Source of the DNA: Lepidodermella squamata
Lineage: Eukaryota > Animalia > Gastrotricha
Assembly (NCBI GenBank): GCA_047495785.1
Contig: JBLDXI010000121.1
Span: 1 to 29,223, forward strand
DNA: 29,223 nt
Direction: 5' to 3'
Shown here in pieces: positions 1 to 10,489 of the stretch. Numbering within the stretch: the first letter of the stretch is position 1; each line of letters begins with the position of its first letter. Below the pieces are notes generated by a model. The model did no database searches and had not been told where the DNA came from. It saw only the letters and a program-made list of their open reading frames with translations. The position numbers and the translations under genes were made by a program.

Positions 1-202
1 GCGAAATAAATTACCATTTTTTGTTTGGCCGATGTTCCAAGCCCCGTTGTTTCTATTATCACGCAAAAAACTCGGAAATCCAGTGTATTCAGGTTTCAAT
101 CGCCGTCACGCCTCAGCTCAAAATTTGCATGAGATCAAAATATTCGGTGCTGCCAAAGTTAAAACCAACGTGATCATCCAGCTGAAGAGATATTTTTCGA
201 AA

Positions 203-1651
203 ATGCTTTCGCTGCTGATCTTACCGCTTCTGCTTACTTCCTCGATATTAGCAACCGATCTCGATGAGTTTACCGAAGATGATCAATGCGTTGACAACAT
301 CGGCACTTACTGCTATACAGAGATAGCATATCGTTCGAACGCCCTTCACGATGCTGTAAATCAGCGAAACTTTACGTATGTGCGCGAAATTCTCGACGAA
401 ATAAGCAATAGCTCAGAGATAGGCGTAATTTTGAATGCGAAAGATGAGCTACAGGGTAACACCCCTTTGCATTATGCTTTGTTCACCGACCAGCGAGACG
501 TTGTGCAAGAACTTTTCAACGACACGCTGCTGCTCGGCAAATTACGCAACGACAAGGGTCAGTCGATTATGCACGCAGCTGCTATTGGGTCGACAGTCAG
601 AACCGTCAATTTGCTAATGGCTCGGAAGTGGCCTGTTGAAGTTTGGAGCGGGGACGACGAATCTCTATTCACCCCGCTTCACTACGCTGCTGATGGGGGA
701 AAGCTCAATGTAATCAACGCATTTTTAGATTACGATGGCGGTAAATTGGCGAGGCAAATGTTGGACGCGAGAGATAGGCTTGGCTACACGGCTCTACACA
801 TCGCAATTCTGAGGGATAACATCAGAGCGGCAAGACTCCTAGTGGATAGAGGCGCTACACTCGTCACGGACGTTGAAGGCAACACCGTACTGCACATGGC
901 TCTTTCTGCACGCATGGTCAACTTCCTGTGCGATCGAGGCGCTGATCCAAACACCGCGTTGCCGCATGTTTCTCATCATTACGACTTCGCCTGGGCTAAT
1001 TCACTCATGGGTCCTTATAAATACATGGATCCGAGAAATGCTTTCGATTCGAGTAAAACACGTGGAACAGAAGTTATCCGAGCTTTGGTAGCCCGTGGCG
1101 CAAAAGTAGAAAATCCTAAGTGGGTCTGGGGTGTTCTGCATCAATATGCCGTAGCCGGCTTCGTCGAACAAACAACTGCATTGCTGGAACTAGGCGCCGA
1201 TGCTAACTGCCGCGAACAATGCTCGATTCGGCCCCTTACGGCGGCATTGTCCGCGGTGCATGGCGATAGGATCTACCACGACGATATCTCGAACAGGGTT
1301 TATCTCGCAAACCCTAACCTGCCAGCCATTGTTCACTTGCTAATTCAGCATGGCGCTCGCGTTGATGTCGATAATCTATTGTGCAAAACTTTGCCTTTGT
1401 ACCGGAAAAAGCCGAGATCACTTGCTACCATTGGATTAGTTATTCAACTGTTGATAAAAGCCGGGGCACCGGTCAATGGAACTTGTAACAATCTGGAGTG
1501 CCATGGATTTGAAGATTGGCGGGCTGGCCACGATAGTGGATCCAACTTTGAGACATGTTTGGCCAACTTCGGCCAGTTGAACACTTATGTCAGCGATCTG
1601 GCGGTCCTGATAGAAAGTAAGTTTTGGGTCTGCCAAAGATTTCATGAATGA
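203..1651 (+). CDS. Ankyrin-repeat protein, single exon, with a putative N-terminal signal peptide
   Basis: Multiple ANK motifs (GNTPLHYAL, GQSIMHAAA, FTPLHYAA, GYTALHIAI, GNTVLHMA, LLELGADAN). The ORF is open from ATG 32, but ATG 203 starts a signal-peptide-like stretch MLSLLILPLLLTSSILA, so 203 is the preferred start. Confidence 0.85.
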   Translation: MLSLLILPLLLTSSILATDLDEFTEDDQCVDNIGTYCYTEIAYRSNALHDAVNQRNFTYVREILDEISNSSEIGVILNAKDELQGNTPLHYALFTDQRDVVQELFNDTLLLGKLRNDKGQSIMHAAAIGSTVRTVNLLMARKWPVEVWSGDDESLFTPLHYAADGGKLNVINAFLDYDGGKLARQMLDARDRLGYTALHIAILRDNIRAARLLVDRGATLVTDVEGNTVLHMALSARMVNFLCDRGADPNTALPHVSHHYDFAWANSLMGPYKYMDPRNAFDSSKTRGTEVIRALVARGAKVENPKWVWGVLHQYAVAGFVEQTTALLELGADANCREQCSIRPLTAALSAVHGDRIYHDDISNRVYLANPNLPAIVHLLIQHGARVDVDNLLCKTLPLYRKKPRSLATIGLVIQLLIKAGAPVNGTCNNLECHGFEDWRAGHDSGSNFETCLANFGQLNTYVSDLAVLIESKFWVCQRFHE

Positions 1652-2693
1652 TAAATCTCGGCTAGCGGCTCAGAGAGAGGGGGGCTTAAGTTTATTAAGC
1701 TCTGACGTATATAGAGTCGGGATTGGTATTGGGCTCAACATGAAGATTCGTGCGAGGATTACGCATATTGGACCTAGAATAGGCTCAGATAATCAATCCT
1801 AACAGGGGTGTTAAGTATTTTATCCATGATACTTTCTTCTTCTCCTAAACAATTCATTTAACAGAAAAAGAGCGAGATGGGGTTACAGTTATGCCGACGT
1901 GCTGGCAGCCCTTGCCTGTTTGCCGATTCGGCAGTGAAACCGTCACTGTACTTGCAGAAGAAGAAACGGCTGGCAGTGAGCCGACTGCTCTGGCAAAATT
2001 CAACCGAACTCTGAGTTGTGCTGCAGCGATCACTACCTCGGCTACAGTTACGCTATCGACGACTGTATCTAACCAATGCGATCGCCAGTGAGAAATCACA
2101 CCTTCTTCACCTGCTTAACATATTAAACTTATCCGAACGGCAATTCGGTGAACATGAATAAAGTTATATTCATAAAAATAGTGGTTTAAATTGCACGGCG
2201 AATAACCGACAACTGCCTTCCATTATTCAATTCTTGAATGTAATTCCCGGCTAACAGGACGACATTTAAAAGGCAAAAATAAACTGTGTAGTTTTCCTTC
2301 TTGTTGCCAATCCAACTTGCCTTGTCCGTAATGTGAGATTTCCGGAAATTTCTCGAGGCTGATAGGTTTCCCTCAGCTTATAAAATTGAAACCGGTAGAG
2401 AAAGATGATGAATTAGCACTTGTTCATCCATTTGATTTGGAGTATGTAGCAGAAGTTTTTCATTCATTAATTGTTTTAGCACGCGTTTTCAGGTCGTATT
2501 TATTGATTTTTTTTGGCCTGCGATTTGCTTAACTTGTAACTGATTGGTTTGATTGATGATAATCATCTTGGATCTGGAAACATTCCAATGGCCGTAATAA
2601 GCTAGATTTTGAACATTCTTGGCTCTAGTTCTCCTCAAACTTTATTTCATTCGTGATCTGCTTTCTAGATTTGTAGTAAGCTGATAAAGCTTT

Positions 2694-3947
2694 ATGAATA
2701 TACATTCCGAATACGTATGCCACGGCCTGTGTGAATTATCAGCCGACACAGATTTTCATCAAAAATTATGGCATTTGGCGGAAGAAATTGCCTCGAAAAT
2801 CAGCTCGGAACTCGGCTTCGGAATTACCGTGTCTGGCTTTGGCTCTAACCTCCAGCTATTCGGCAATTTTTACCTCCGGCTTGAAAGCGAAATTTGGCTC
2901 GAATTCGATAGTGATTGCGATAATCTAGGAGACCGCCAAGATGCTGTCAATAATTTATTTTCCGAACATTTAACCACTCGAATTGAAGATGTGTTCACTC
3001 CCGCATTGTTTTTCAAGCTGTGGTCGTGTTTAAACCTCGATGATGCATCGGCACTGAAGCAAATTCTTGATAAGGAAATCAACATTCCAACTTGTTTAAT
3101 TTGCGCACTTTGCCTTCACGCAATCGAACAGCAGTTGGTGGAGATTGTTCGAACCCTAATGGCTTCGAATCGAATATCCGCAGTTCGCTCAATTTTGTAC
3201 CACAGTTATCATGAACATGACGACAACTTTCAGCCTATTGGCTTGTGTCTTCGAGAAATTATGTCCAATTTACACGACCCTCATCCAGAAACGACAGAAA
3301 GGCTTACGGAAATCTTGCGGATTTTACTAGAGAATTGCAATCGAACATCGCAATTTTCGACACTTTTCCAACCAAGCGACCACAGATCTGACAATCAAGT
3401 ATTGTCCCATTTAGCTGTTCTAAGCCGAGAATGGCCTGAAGTTGCTGAAATGATGATTGAAACAGCGGCTGAAATTGAAAATTCTAGAGAAAACAACCCG
3501 TTGAGAACGGCGATAGAATGCTGGCATTTCTACGCTTATGAACACGGCTCGGCTGTTTCGAACTTTTTAAAGTCTATCTCAAATTGTTTGTTGGTTCTTC
3601 TAAAAGCTGGCGCTAGATTTGACGTGTATTTCGGGCCATGGCATGCTTTTGATTTGCCGGGCTTCGAAGAGGCGAGTCTGCGCATTTGGTCGCGAGCTGA
3701 CGTGCCGCTTCAAATTTTCCTGCAGTCGCGTCGATCGCCCAGTTCACTGCCTGTTCATGTGCGGAGTGATGAAAAACTGCGCAGAATGTACCCGTGGCAG
3801 TTGCAATCCTTAGCAAGACACGCTGTACTGCTAACTTTGCCGTATGGCGTCAGGAGGAGGCGCGTCATTATCGATGGTTTGACTTGTCTTCCGCAATGCT
3901 TGAAAAACTACCTGAAATTTGATGAATTCGAAATAAATAAATGGTGA
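2694..3947 (+). CDS. SOCS-box protein with degenerate ankyrin-like repeat(s); ASB-like Elongin BC/Cullin5 adaptor
   Basis: 417-aa intronless ORF. The C-terminus PWQLQSLARHAV...IDGLTCLPQCLKNYLKF matches the BC-box plus Cul5-box layout of a SOCS box. ENNPLRTAIEC...CLLVLLKAGA resembles an ANK repeat. Confidence 0.75.
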   Translation: MNIHSEYVCHGLCELSADTDFHQKLWHLAEEIASKISSELGFGITVSGFGSNLQLFGNFYLRLESEIWLEFDSDCDNLGDRQDAVNNLFSEHLTTRIEDVFTPALFFKLWSCLNLDDASALKQILDKEINIPTCLICALCLHAIEQQLVEIVRTLMASNRISAVRSILYHSYHEHDDNFQPIGLCLREIMSNLHDPHPETTERLTEILRILLENCNRTSQFSTLFQPSDHRSDNQVLSHLAVLSREWPEVAEMMIETAAEIENSRENNPLRTAIECWHFYAYEHGSAVSNFLKSISNCLLVLLKAGARFDVYFGPWHAFDLPGFEEASLRIWSRADVPLQIFLQSRRSPSSLPVHVRSDEKLRRMYPWQLQSLARHAVLLTLPYGVRRRRVIIDGLTCLPQCLKNYLKFDEFEINKW

Positions 3948-4273
3948 CGTTAGATACCCTTGGCATATATCTCATGATCATCATAGTTAATGTCCAAAAA
4001 GCTGCCATAAATAATTCAATGACGATTTGGATTCAGAGCCACGCGCAATAAGCCAGGGGAATCCACAATTCTTGGAGTGATGACCGTCCTTTTCCTATAA
4101 AAATGCCTGGCGCGTTAAAAAAATGAATCACAATTTGTTTCGCGACGAAAGGCAATTTAATTCTCTATACACATTATTTGGTCATCATGAAATGCTTCCT
4201 TGTATTTCTTTAAGAGTCCTTGGCAACGAAGGTGTGGGCTTTAGCTGGCAACCTTTAGATTCTAGATACATAA

Positions 4274-5338
4274 TTGCCTAGATTAGTCAACTTCTTATTT
4301 GCGAAAATTTGCAATAGTTTCAGCTGGGCTATCTGGTACCGTGAAAAATGGGAGGGAATTTTCTTGGAGATATGCGAAATGGCCGGTGAATTGAGTGAAT
4401 TGATGTCAGAGTCAGTCGCTAACCCGCTGCTGAGGGTGCCATTCTTCAAGAAACTACCTCACAGCTTGAACAAACGAACTGAAAGCTGCGCAGCGAGATG
4501 GCGAGAATTTAATCGTCGAAAATACGAGGAATTGCGGAAGAAATGGCGCGAAATTCAAATCGACGATGAATCATCCGAAATCGACCACGGCCTATTTCCG
4601 ACCCTCATAATGCGCTACTTTCTAGGCAATAACGAAGACCTGCCTAGCATCGACCAAGTCGACCCTGGCGAGGTACGAGAACTGCTAGACACCTTGAATG
4701 AGATAATTCTGGGCAATTTCGACGTAACCAGCGTGGTTTTAATGACAAATTTGATATTAATCGCCTTAGCTCCACATGCTAGGCAGGCGTTGAACGAAGA
4801 AATCCGGCTAGTTTTGAGTCAAAATGCCGAGCCGGATTTCGATTTCGTGGCGAAACTGCCGTACTTGGACGCTGTTGTGAGGGAATCGGGTCGTATCAAG
4901 CCGATTGTAACCCTGACCGTGCCTGAAAAATTGACCAAGTCGATCACACTGGGAGGGTACAGAATACCGGCAGGTGCTGACGTTATGATGGATGTTGACA
5001 CGATAAATCACGATGAAACCGTTTGGCAGAACCCGGATTACTACGACCCGTCTCGGTTTCTCGATGAAAATGGCCAGGTTAAAACTGGGCTGAATTTCTT
5101 GTTCCATCGCTACGGCCTCGGACCTCGTCGGCAGTGCGTTGGCTTCCGATACGGCGAGGCTATTATCAAGTACGTGTTGTGGACGATCATTTCGCGTGGC
5201 TATGACATACAAGTCGATGGCGATAGCGGCGTACTTGCGAAGGAGTGGAATGAAAACTTGAAAAAAGCCGGCCTCCCATTTCTCTCGGCTTACACCGCCT
5301 TTCCGATACTGAAATTGGTCAAGATGCAGGAAGGTTAA
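4274..5338 (+). CDS. Cytochrome P450, N-terminally incomplete (partial gene or pseudogene)
   Basis: I-helix LNEIILGNFDVTS, K-helix ExxR (ESGR), GYRIPAG, PERF-like YDPSRF, heme motif YGLGPRRQCVG. About 350 aa, no membrane anchor, and the ORF begins at TTG; the true 5' end is unresolved. Confidence 0.8.
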   Translation: MPRLVNFLFAKICNSFSWAIWYREKWEGIFLEICEMAGELSELMSESVANPLLRVPFFKKLPHSLNKRTESCAARWREFNRRKYEELRKKWREIQIDDESSEIDHGLFPTLIMRYFLGNNEDLPSIDQVDPGEVRELLDTLNEIILGNFDVTSVVLMTNLILIALAPHARQALNEEIRLVLSQNAEPDFDFVAKLPYLDAVVRESGRIKPIVTLTVPEKLTKSITLGGYRIPAGADVMMDVDTINHDETVWQNPDYYDPSRFLDENGQVKTGLNFLFHRYGLGPRRQCVGFRYGEAIIKYVLWTIISRGYDIQVDGDSGVLAKEWNENLKKAGLPFLSAYTAFPILKLVKMQEG

Positions 5339-6246
5339 ATGGCTCATGTTCTCAATTTTATAAAAGTTATGCTGATTGAACGACTCCATATAAATGTTTC
5401 AAATAAAATTCAAGAGCGCTGCCAAGCGGTTGAAGCCATACTTATAAATTTTCCAAAATACATATACTAGAAATCCAAGATGTGCTACCGTACCATAAAC
5501 CAAAGTGCTAGCGCCAGCGATTTGTAATTAGTTCAGTATTCTCCGCGGTAATGCATCAAGCTCTTCATGATGGCTTTTCAGTCTTTGCTCATCGATATAG
5601 GTGTTTCTGCTCTCCGTCTTCTTATTGGCTTGAGCTCAGCTAGTTTAATAGTGTTACCTCTATTGAGAATAGTGTTACCCCCACGTCGCGGCTTCTGATA
5701 GTCTGGTACAAGCGTGGTAATCACCCAGAGATTCACGAACCGAGCTGACAACACTCAGTAGGAAACCTAGCAAAATAGCTGCCTTGACTGTCCCATGCCA
5801 ACCGTGCCCCACAGGCCATGATATGGGATGTGAAAAATTTGCGCAGCTGGAAATGCGCGGCCTACGATTATAATTAAATCAATTACATAATCAGCAGCAA
5901 AGAAATTATCAATTCTCAGCTGTTCCGTCGTGCGAAACGTGCGCGGTAAAATGCTGCGAAATATATAAACCTACGAACGAAATATATTTATTACTTATTA
6001 ATAGTCGTTGCGATATCACGTCTACTGTTGAAATAACCTGAAACTTGAATAATAATAATAACCACCTGTCGCCCAAGTGAGAAGTTGCTCACTGCTTCAA
6101 CGCTGCAGCTCTGAGACCTCTGAACGCTCTGATTTCCTGGCCTAACTAGCGCGAATTACTGGCCAATTTTTATTTAAATTGATGTACGTAGAGTTATTAA
6201 GCGCTAGTTAGAAATAATTCAATAATGTGTTTTCCAGAGATCAAAG

Positions 6247-9200
6247 TCAATTTAAATCTTGGCGAACTCCATATACGCTGTTGCTGTGCAAATGCAGTTG
6301 TGGCGGTTCCTGTGCAATCCTCAGGTCCCAGTATATGCCCCGATTCCGCATCAATCGGCTATGCGATCCCAACTCCCGAATGACGCCCCCTTTAACAACG
6401 GCTATCAAATCAGCGTTTTCAATTGTTGATAGTCGATGAGCGGCGATAATCGTAGTACGTCCCTGGCGAGCTTGTTCGCAGGCTTGCAGGACTCTAGATT
6501 CGGATTCAGAATCAAGCCCCGAAGTCGCTTCGTCTAGAAGCAGTATTTTAGGATTGCGAATCAAAGCTCTAGCTATGGCTATTCGCTGCTTCTGGCCTAC
6601 AGATAGACAAACCCCATTCTCGCCAACGATTGTGTCGAAACCGTCGGCCATTGCGTTTATAAAATTCGCAGCGTTAGCCTGAGCGGCTGCGGCCTGGATT
6701 TCAGCCAGAGACGGCTTCCTGTCCTTTAATCCGTAAGCGATGTTATCAGCTATAGAGCGGTTGAACAGGACTGGCTCTTGAGAAACCAGACCAGATTGCA
6801 TGCGAAGCCATTGAATGTCCAAGTTTTTAATATCGTTGCCGTCCAAGGCTATAGTTCCTGAATCCACATCATAGAACCGCAAAAGCAGCTGGAAAAAGGT
6901 TGATTTTCCAGACCCACTAGAGCCGACGATAGCCAATGTTTTTCCGGGTTGAATAGCCAAGTTGAAATCGCGGAGGGCGGCAGCTTCTCTCGTCGGATAC
7001 TTGAAAGTTACACCATCAGTCGCAATACCACCGCCACAAAGAGTTGGTGCGGATCCTGTAGCTGTCCCATTTTCTGTACGCCATGGAATCGCTGGGTTCC
7101 GATTGAATAACTCAAATAGCTCTTTCGCAGCTTTTCGCGATCTCATGATATCAGGCAAGGTTGAACTCGCCTGGCCAACTGCGTACCAAACGCCAAACAT
7201 GATTACAGTTAGCGAAGAAAAAACTGCCTCGAAGCTCCGCGTTCCATCTCCAATCAAAATTGCACCCGCAGAGAAAGCCGCGGCGTAGCCGAAGAGCACA
7301 CAGGGGGTGTTGCACGCGAAGAGTGCCCCTTGAATGATTAACCTCGGAATCTTGGAATAAATTACGTTTTTGCGATTGATAATTTAACAAATAGCGAAAA
7401 TTTACCAGGTATTTGTGACGAGCTGTATTGAGCGTGGAGAATTCGTTGCGAAAATGCTCGTAATTTCCGATAGCAGTTACGGTTTTAATGGATGATGTTG
7501 TCTCGACAACAACATTTGCGGCTTTCTCAATATACCTGTTGCTGCTGTCCTGATGAATTCTGATAGACGAGGCGATGACGATTAGAGGTAAGAAGGCTAG
7601 CATAATTAAGGCGATCTCCCAGCTTAGGTAGAAAACAACGCCGATTGAAAATAAAATCGATACAATCGCCTGAATCATGGAGCCTAATTGTGGACCGATT
7701 CCATCCTAAAGTATAATTAATTTAATAAAACTATTGAATGAATTTTCCGGCAATATACCTTCACAGCAGATGCTTTTGTCGATAATCTCGAAGTCAAAGC
7801 TCCAACTGAATTGCCAGCTAGGTCAAAGTAGCCGATTTCTTGATCTAACATTGCCTTGAGGGTCATAACTCTGATCCGTTGGACTAAACGCTCCGACGCC
7901 ATCGAAAGTGTTGTCCAAAGAACGCTCTGTAACAGGAGGTATCCGCAACCAATGCTAAAAATGACAGCGGCATAAGATAGCCCTTGTCCCAGAAGTGCAT
8001 TAGGGTTGCAAAAGCTGAAGGCTTCGATGACTTGGGTGAATGCAACCGAGAAAACCGGCCAAATGCCGCCAGCTAATACTGATGCAAAAATGCCGATGGT
8101 ATACAGGTGCCATTCAGGGGCAGCCAGTTTGCAAAGTTGGATCGTAGAAAATGAAGCCTTGTTATCAGGAGTTTTGATGGGCCTTCGGTCGCCTTCTAGT
8201 TCGGGGTTGATTTGAATGCTCCGTTCAACCTCCGAGGCGGCAGTTCCATTCTGAAATTCCTAACAATAATGTTTTAAATTGATTCAATCACAAGGAAAAT
8301 CATCGAACCTTGTCTACAGCAATATTTTTGTCTGATTGCGCACTGAAGAGGGCAACATACACTCCGCCCTTCGCCACAAGTTCATCATGCGTCCCTATTT
8401 CTGCGACTTCCCCCTGCTCGAAAACCACGATCTTGTCCGCGTTAACAATCGTTGACAGCCGATGAGCTACAACAATAGTCGTACGACCACGGCTGGCTTT
8501 GTCCAAAGCTTCCTGAACGATCTGTTCCGATTTCGTATCCAAGGCAGATGTTGCCTCGTCAAGAAGCAAAATCCTCGGATTCCTGATCAAAGCTCGAGCG
8601 ATAGCAATTCGCTGCTTTTGGCCACCTGACAATTGGCCCTTGATTATAGGAGTATCGTATCCTTTAGGCAGTTCTATTATGAACTCATGAGCATTGGCCT
8701 GCCTAGCTGCGTTTTCAATATCTTCACTCGTGACATCGGAGCAGCCTAGTTTGATATTTTCAGCAATCGTTCCAGAGAAGAGAACCGGTTCTTGGCCTAC
8801 AACGCCAATGTAAGACCTCAATGCATAGATGTTGTAGCTGCGAATGTCAATGCCATCGATATAAACGGTGCCGTGATTCGCGTCGTAGAAGCGTTGGATC
8901 AAATTTACAATTGTTGACTTCCCGCAGCCGCTAGCTCCAACTAAAGCTACTGTTTGGCCAGGTTGAATGGACAAATTAATGCCTTTCAGGACTTTCTCCG
9001 TCGGTCGAGACGGGTATGTGAATTCAACGTTCCGCAAATCGATGTTGCCACGAAATTTATTAGGCGTTGGTTTGACGCCTTCTTTCGAATAGGCATCAAT
9101 TTCCGGGACTCGATCTATTATTTCGAAAACGTGGTAAGCCGCTACCCTTGCGCCATTGAACAACTGAAAGCAAAGACCAGACATTCCAATTTGTGATGTG

Positions 9201-10402
9201 CCCAGGAAAATAGCGAACAGCGTCGTTAAAACTTTGGCGAGTGAGTAATCGGAGTCTCGCTGCCCAGTCAGGTAGATGCCATACATGAGCCCCACGGCAT
9301 GTAAAGAGAAATTGATTAGAAAAGTAAACCCTACCAATGCTCCGGTCAAGGCGCCCTTTTTAGTCCCAACCTTTCGAGCCTCGTCCAGATTTGACGCGTA
9401 GAAAGAAACTTCGTCGTTTTGCCCGCCGAACGCCGTCACTGTTCTGACTGCATTGAGAACCTCATGGGCAATAGCGCCAGCCTTTGAATACGCTGCTGTT
9501 TCCTTCTGCGCATAGTCCGTAACTACATTGATCGTTAAGAAAGAAAGAATGCCGACAAAAGGGCACAATGTCAAAAGGACAAGGGCTAGCTCCCAGCCGG
9601 TGATCATTCCGACAATCAAGCCAGCGATTAGACTTCCGAGGTACTGGAAAGCCATCGCAGTTTTATCGCCGATGCCAATCCGGATGTTGTTGATGTCTTC
9701 GTTGAACTTCGATGTTATAATACCTGTTGATTTCGTATCGTACCAGCCAACATCCTGTCGCATCAGGGAGCAGAAAAATTTCCGGCGAATTACTGTAGTC
9801 TGGTTTTCGGCGGCTATTGACCAGGATGTTTTTTGAATGAAAGCAAATGCCAGCGATGCGCAACCCGCAATCACAAAAAATATTATTTCTTCGGTTAAAT
9901 CATCCAACGTCGAGGCGTAACCAGCTCCCGCTGTAGCAGTCCGAATGGACGGCTCGTGGAATTGGCACCCTAATGGCACTGCTAGGCTTTGTACAATCGG
10001 GCCATAAATCTGTATAAAGGAAGAAGATGTGTACAAATGTAATTCCTAAAAAACTGAATTACCAATGTAGTACTCGGTATAATCGCACCATGTGCTATCG
10101 CAGCTAAGGCTCCAACGATCATCAGCAGTATGTCAAATCCAGTTGCAAAACGAAACTGAAACAAATAAAAATATGCTTTAATTAAAAAATTGGCGCAGGA
10201 AGAATTGTTAATCTGAAGGAAAGTCAAGTATGAAATGACTTCTTACCACTTCAAAAACACCGACGACTCGGTTTGATTTTGGTGCATCGACAAACTCAGG
10301 CTTAGACTCCGATATCGTTACTTTTTCTCCGTCAATTGTTGTCACCTCGACTGGCTTAGCTGCCATATCGATAGTGATTGAATCATTTTCCGATGTCGCC
10401 AT
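6247..10402 (-). CDS. ABCB1: Full-length ABCB (MDR/P-glycoprotein-type) transporter, 6 exons, ~1281 aa
   Basis: Exons 10402-10247, 10155-10063, 10009-8309, 8250(or 8259)-7759, 7705-7406 and 7350-6247 join in frame across GT-AG introns. TMD-NBD-TMD-NBD architecture with GASGCGKS/LSGGQ/LLLDEATSALD and GSSGSGKS/LSVGQ/LLLDEATSGLD. The symbol denotes subfamily only; orthology is not established. Confidence 0.93.
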
Positions 10403-10489
10403 GTAGTTGCGAGTATAAAAATAATATTTATTCGTGAAACTGAAGCCGTTACATGCCGTCAAGGGAGCTTATATACATGCGAACTTTCC

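Noticed and set aside
1854-2110. Small ORFs on both strands, including a Cys-containing minus-strand frame
   Set aside because: No coherent start or splice model and no recognisable motif; could be an exon relic but cannot be supported.
4808-9863. Antisense or overlapping ORFs (4808-5389, 6962-7288, 8954-9196, 9528-9836 and others)
   Set aside because: Shadows of the P450 and ABCB coding sequences, with no independent motifs.
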